DNA of 64,000 nt from Candidatus Thermofontivivens primus. GTDB lineage: Bacteria; Sysuimicrobiota; Sysuimicrobiia; Sysuimicrobiales; Thermofontiviventaceae. The notes beneath the pieces are model-generated. The model was not told the origin of the DNA. It searched no databases and was given only the letters and a program-made list of their open reading frames with translations. Made by a program: the position numbers and the translations under genes. The stretch is taken from NCBI GenBank assembly GCA_031458695.1, contig JAVKJW010000006.1, forward strand, positions 9,530-73,529, written 5' to 3'. Shown in pieces: positions 61,523 to 64,000 of the stretch; position 1 is the first letter of the stretch, and the number at the start of each line of letters is the position of its first letter.

Positions 61523-64000
61523 CTACCGTGCCCGCTGATCAGCGGGAAAAGCGTCGTGCCCAAACCTTGCTCTTTCCATAGGACCTGAGGCTCCCAGGAA
61601 TCCGCTATGCGCATGTCTGGGGTGGGCCAGGGACTCTATCCGAATCAACGTCTCCAGGGCTTCGCGGAGCCAGCGCGCATCTTCTTGAAAGCTACGGCCT
61701 TCTGTGCGAAGGACGATAGCTTTCGGGTGCAGGGTCGCACGCCCCCGCAATGCCTGGTCAAGGAGACGCTGCCCATGTTCATGGATGGGAGGCTCTGTGG
61801 GAAAACGCAGGACAAGGTGTGCCCCCTCCCTCCCCACCGAGGCGACTCCCGCTTGCCGCGCCAGAACCTTCAGGCGAACAATCTCGAGGAGATTGCGGAC
61901 AGGCCCCGGGAGATCCCCGTACCGATCTCGTAGTTCGCTTGCAACCTCTTCCACCTCCTCAAGAGTGCGGGCGGTACTCAGCTTCCTGTATGCGGTAAGC
62001 CGCTGGGTCTCATCAGGAATGTAAAACTGTGGGATGTACGCATCCACGCGTAGCTCAATGACTGGATCCGGCGCCTCCTCCACGATCTCCCCGCGGAGCT
62101 GACGGATGGCCTCGTCCAGAAGCCGGCAGTAGAGGTCGAACCCGACAGCGGCCAGGTGGCCATGCTGTTCGGGCCCGAGGAGGTTCCCGGCCCCACGGAT
62201 CTCTAGGTCCCGCATGGCGAGCTTGAACCCGGAACCCAGCTCGACGAACTCCTGAAGCGCCTCCAACCGCTTATATGCCTCTGGCGTCAGCCGGACCCCC
62301 TTCGGGTAGAGAAGGTACGCATAGGCCTGGCGGTCGGAGCGCCCCACCCTTCCCCGGAGCTGGTAGAGCTGGCTCAACCCCATCATGTGCGCATTCTCCA
62401 CAATGATCGTGTTAACCCTCGGGATGTCTAGCCCGATCTCTACGATGGTTGTGCAGATGAGGACGTCGTACCTCCCCCCGATGAAGTCAAGCATGATACG
62501 CTCCAGGCGTTCCTCGGACATCTGGCCGTGCGCAACGGCCACTCTGGCCTCAGGCACGAGCCGCTGAATGTGCCGGGCAGTGCGGTCGATGGTCTCCACG
62601 CGGTTGCTCACCACGTACACCTGTCCTCCCCGCGAGAGCTCCCTCCGGATGGCCTCTGCAACCATCGCGTCCTCCCAAGCGGCAACAACAGTGCGAATGG
62701 GCTGACGGGAGTCTGGGGGCGTCTCGATGACGGATATGTCCCGCAGCCCCACCAGGGACATGTAGAGGGTACGGGGGATGGGCGTGGCAGTCAGCGTGAG
62801 CACGTCCACTTCCCTCCGCAGCTCCTTCAGTCGTTCCTTCTGCGCGACGCCGAACCGCTGTTCCTCGTCGATGATCACAAGACCGAGGTCCTTGAACTGT
62901 ACATCGGGCTGGAGGAGGCGGTGGGTGCCGATGATCACGTCCACGATCCCAGCCCGTAGCTCCTGAAGGATCCGGCGTTGCTCCTGTTGGGAGCGAAACC
63001 GACTCAGAACCTCCACCTTGATCGGGTAGGGGGCGAACCGTTGGGAGAACACCGTATAGTGTTGCTGGGCGAGGATTGTGGTGGGGACGAGGACGGCTAC
63101 CTGCTTCCCGTCCATAACTGCCTTAAAGGCTGCCCTCACCGCGACCTCTGTCTTCCCATAGCCCACGTCCCCGCAAATTAGACGATCCATAGGTTTGGGC
63201 GTTTCCATGTCGCGCTTGACCTCTTCGATCGCCCTTTGCTGATCGGGGGTCTCCTCGTACTCGAAGCTCGCCTCTAGCTCGTGCTGCCAAGGGGTATCCG
63301 GAGAAAAGGCAAACCCTCGCGCCGTCTCTCGGGAGGCGTAGAGTTCCAGGAGCTTGCGGGCGAGTTCCTGTGTCGCCTCCCGCACGCGTCTTTTCTCTCG
63401 CTCCCAATCCGCCCCCCCGAGCCGGTGGATCTGGGGCTCCATTCCTTCTACCCCGATGTACCGCTGGACCAGGTTGATCTGGTCAACAGGCACGTAGAGA
63501 CGGTCTCCCTGGGCGTACTCGATGAGAAGGTAGTCTCGTTCCACTCCGTCCACGGAAAGGTGCACCAATCCGCGGTAGATCCCGATCCCGTGGTGGATGT
63601 GCACCACATAATCTCCCTCGTGAAGGTCCAACCAAGTCGTCAGAGGGGTCCCCTCCCTGACAACCCGTGCACGGCGCCTCCTGTGACGCCTCCACCCGAG
63701 CACCTCGCTGTCGGTCACTACCACCAGGTCTTCAAGCCGGAACCCGCGGGAGAGAGGGGAAGGGACGGCGACAATTTGGGAAGGCGCCGGTGGCGTGGGA
63801 AGGCTCTCGGCAAAATCCACCGGGACCCCCGTTCCCTGGAGGAGTTCACAAAATCGCTTTGCCTGTCCACTCGCCAGGACGACCCTGCGCCCTTCCCGGC
63901 GCCATTCCTCAAGCCGGCGGCTGAGAAGCCTAGTCTGGCCTGCGAAGGTTTCCACCCCGCCTATGGCGAAAGTAATCGATTCTGGATCACCCTCTTGGGG
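61523..64000 (-). CDS. mfd: Transcription-repair coupling factor (5' part lies beyond the window)
   Basis: VVHIHHGIG (RID), [41 protein letters not shown] domain. The frame stays open to position 64000. Confidence 0.97.
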   Translation of the reverse strand, partial: PQEGDPESITFAIGGVETFAGQTRLLSRRLEEWRREGRRVVLASGQAKRFCELLQGTGVPVDFAESLPTPPAPSQIVAVPSPLSRGFRLEDLVVVTDSEVLGWRRHRRRRARVVREGTPLTTWLDLHEGDYVVHIHHGIGIYRGLVHLSVDGVERDYLLIEYAQGDRLYVPVDQINLVQRYIGVEGMEPQIHRLGGADWEREKRRVREATQELARKLLELYASRETARGFAFSPDTPWQHELEASFEYEETPDQQRAIEEVKRDMETPKPMDRLICGDVGYGKTEVAVRAAFKAVMDGKQVAVLVPTTILAQQHYTVFSQRFAPYPIKVEVLSRFRSQQEQRRILQELRAGIVDVIIGTHRLLQPDVQFKDLGLVIIDEEQRFGVAQKERLKELRREVDVLTLTATPIPRTLYMSLVGLRDISVIETPPDSRQPIRTVVAAWEDAMVAEAIRRELSRGGQVYVVSNRVETIDRTARHIQRLVPEARVAVAHGQMSEERLERIMLDFIGGRYDVLICTTIVEIGLDIPRVNTIIVENAHMMGLSQLYQLRGRVGRSDRQAYAYLLYPKGVRLTPEAYKRLEALQEFVELGSGFKLAMRDLEIRGAGNLLGPEQHGHLAAVGFDLYCRLLDEAIRQLRGEIVEEAPDPVIELRVDAYIPQFYIPDETQRLTAYRKLSTARTLEEVEEVASELRDRYGDLPGPVRNLLEIVRLKVLARQAGVASVGREGAHLVLRFPTEPPIHEHGQRLLDQALRGRATLHPKAIVLRTEGRSFQEDARWLREALETLIRIESLAHPRHAHSGFLGASGPMERARFGHDAFPADQRAR

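Noticed and set aside
60393..61538. 381-aa plus-strand ORF
   Set aside because: Antisense shadow of the foldase gene.

Overview
GC-rich bacterial chromosomal core region with Terrabacteria-like gene orders (tmk-darA-holB; mfd-prsA-mazG-yabO-eno-divIC; a Thermus-like V/A-ATPase order). The taxon is not established from the sequence. Left to right it holds: a partial flagellar rod gene (missing from the ORF track); an SLH/SPOR/phosphodiester-glycosidase protein; a hybrid histidine kinase; and a minus-strand ilvB-ilvN-ilvC-leuA-leuC-leuD-cimA-leuB-gltB cluster. That cluster is controlled by two ykkC-family (probable ppGpp) riboswitches, one in tandem with a Leu T-box. Next come secG-tpiA-pgk-gap, sbp, a complete V/A-type ATP synthase operon, a complex I operon with only the seven membrane subunits (nuoAHJKLMN), yvcK-rapZ, housekeeping genes, a DegV-PlsY-DAK2 lipid operon and the start of mfd. 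The most unusual signals are three. First, the membrane-arm-only nuo operon. Second, a dispersed family of degenerate intergenic palindromes (consensus about CCCCAGCAAAA-N-TTTTGCTGGGG-TAC plus a CCCCT..AAGAGG linker). Third, one copy of that repeat appears inserted, flanked by a 3-bp direct repeat, into the distal loop of the T-box Stem I. No CRISPR array, tRNA, rRNA, transposase or prophage was recognised. All calls were made by eye without database searches.
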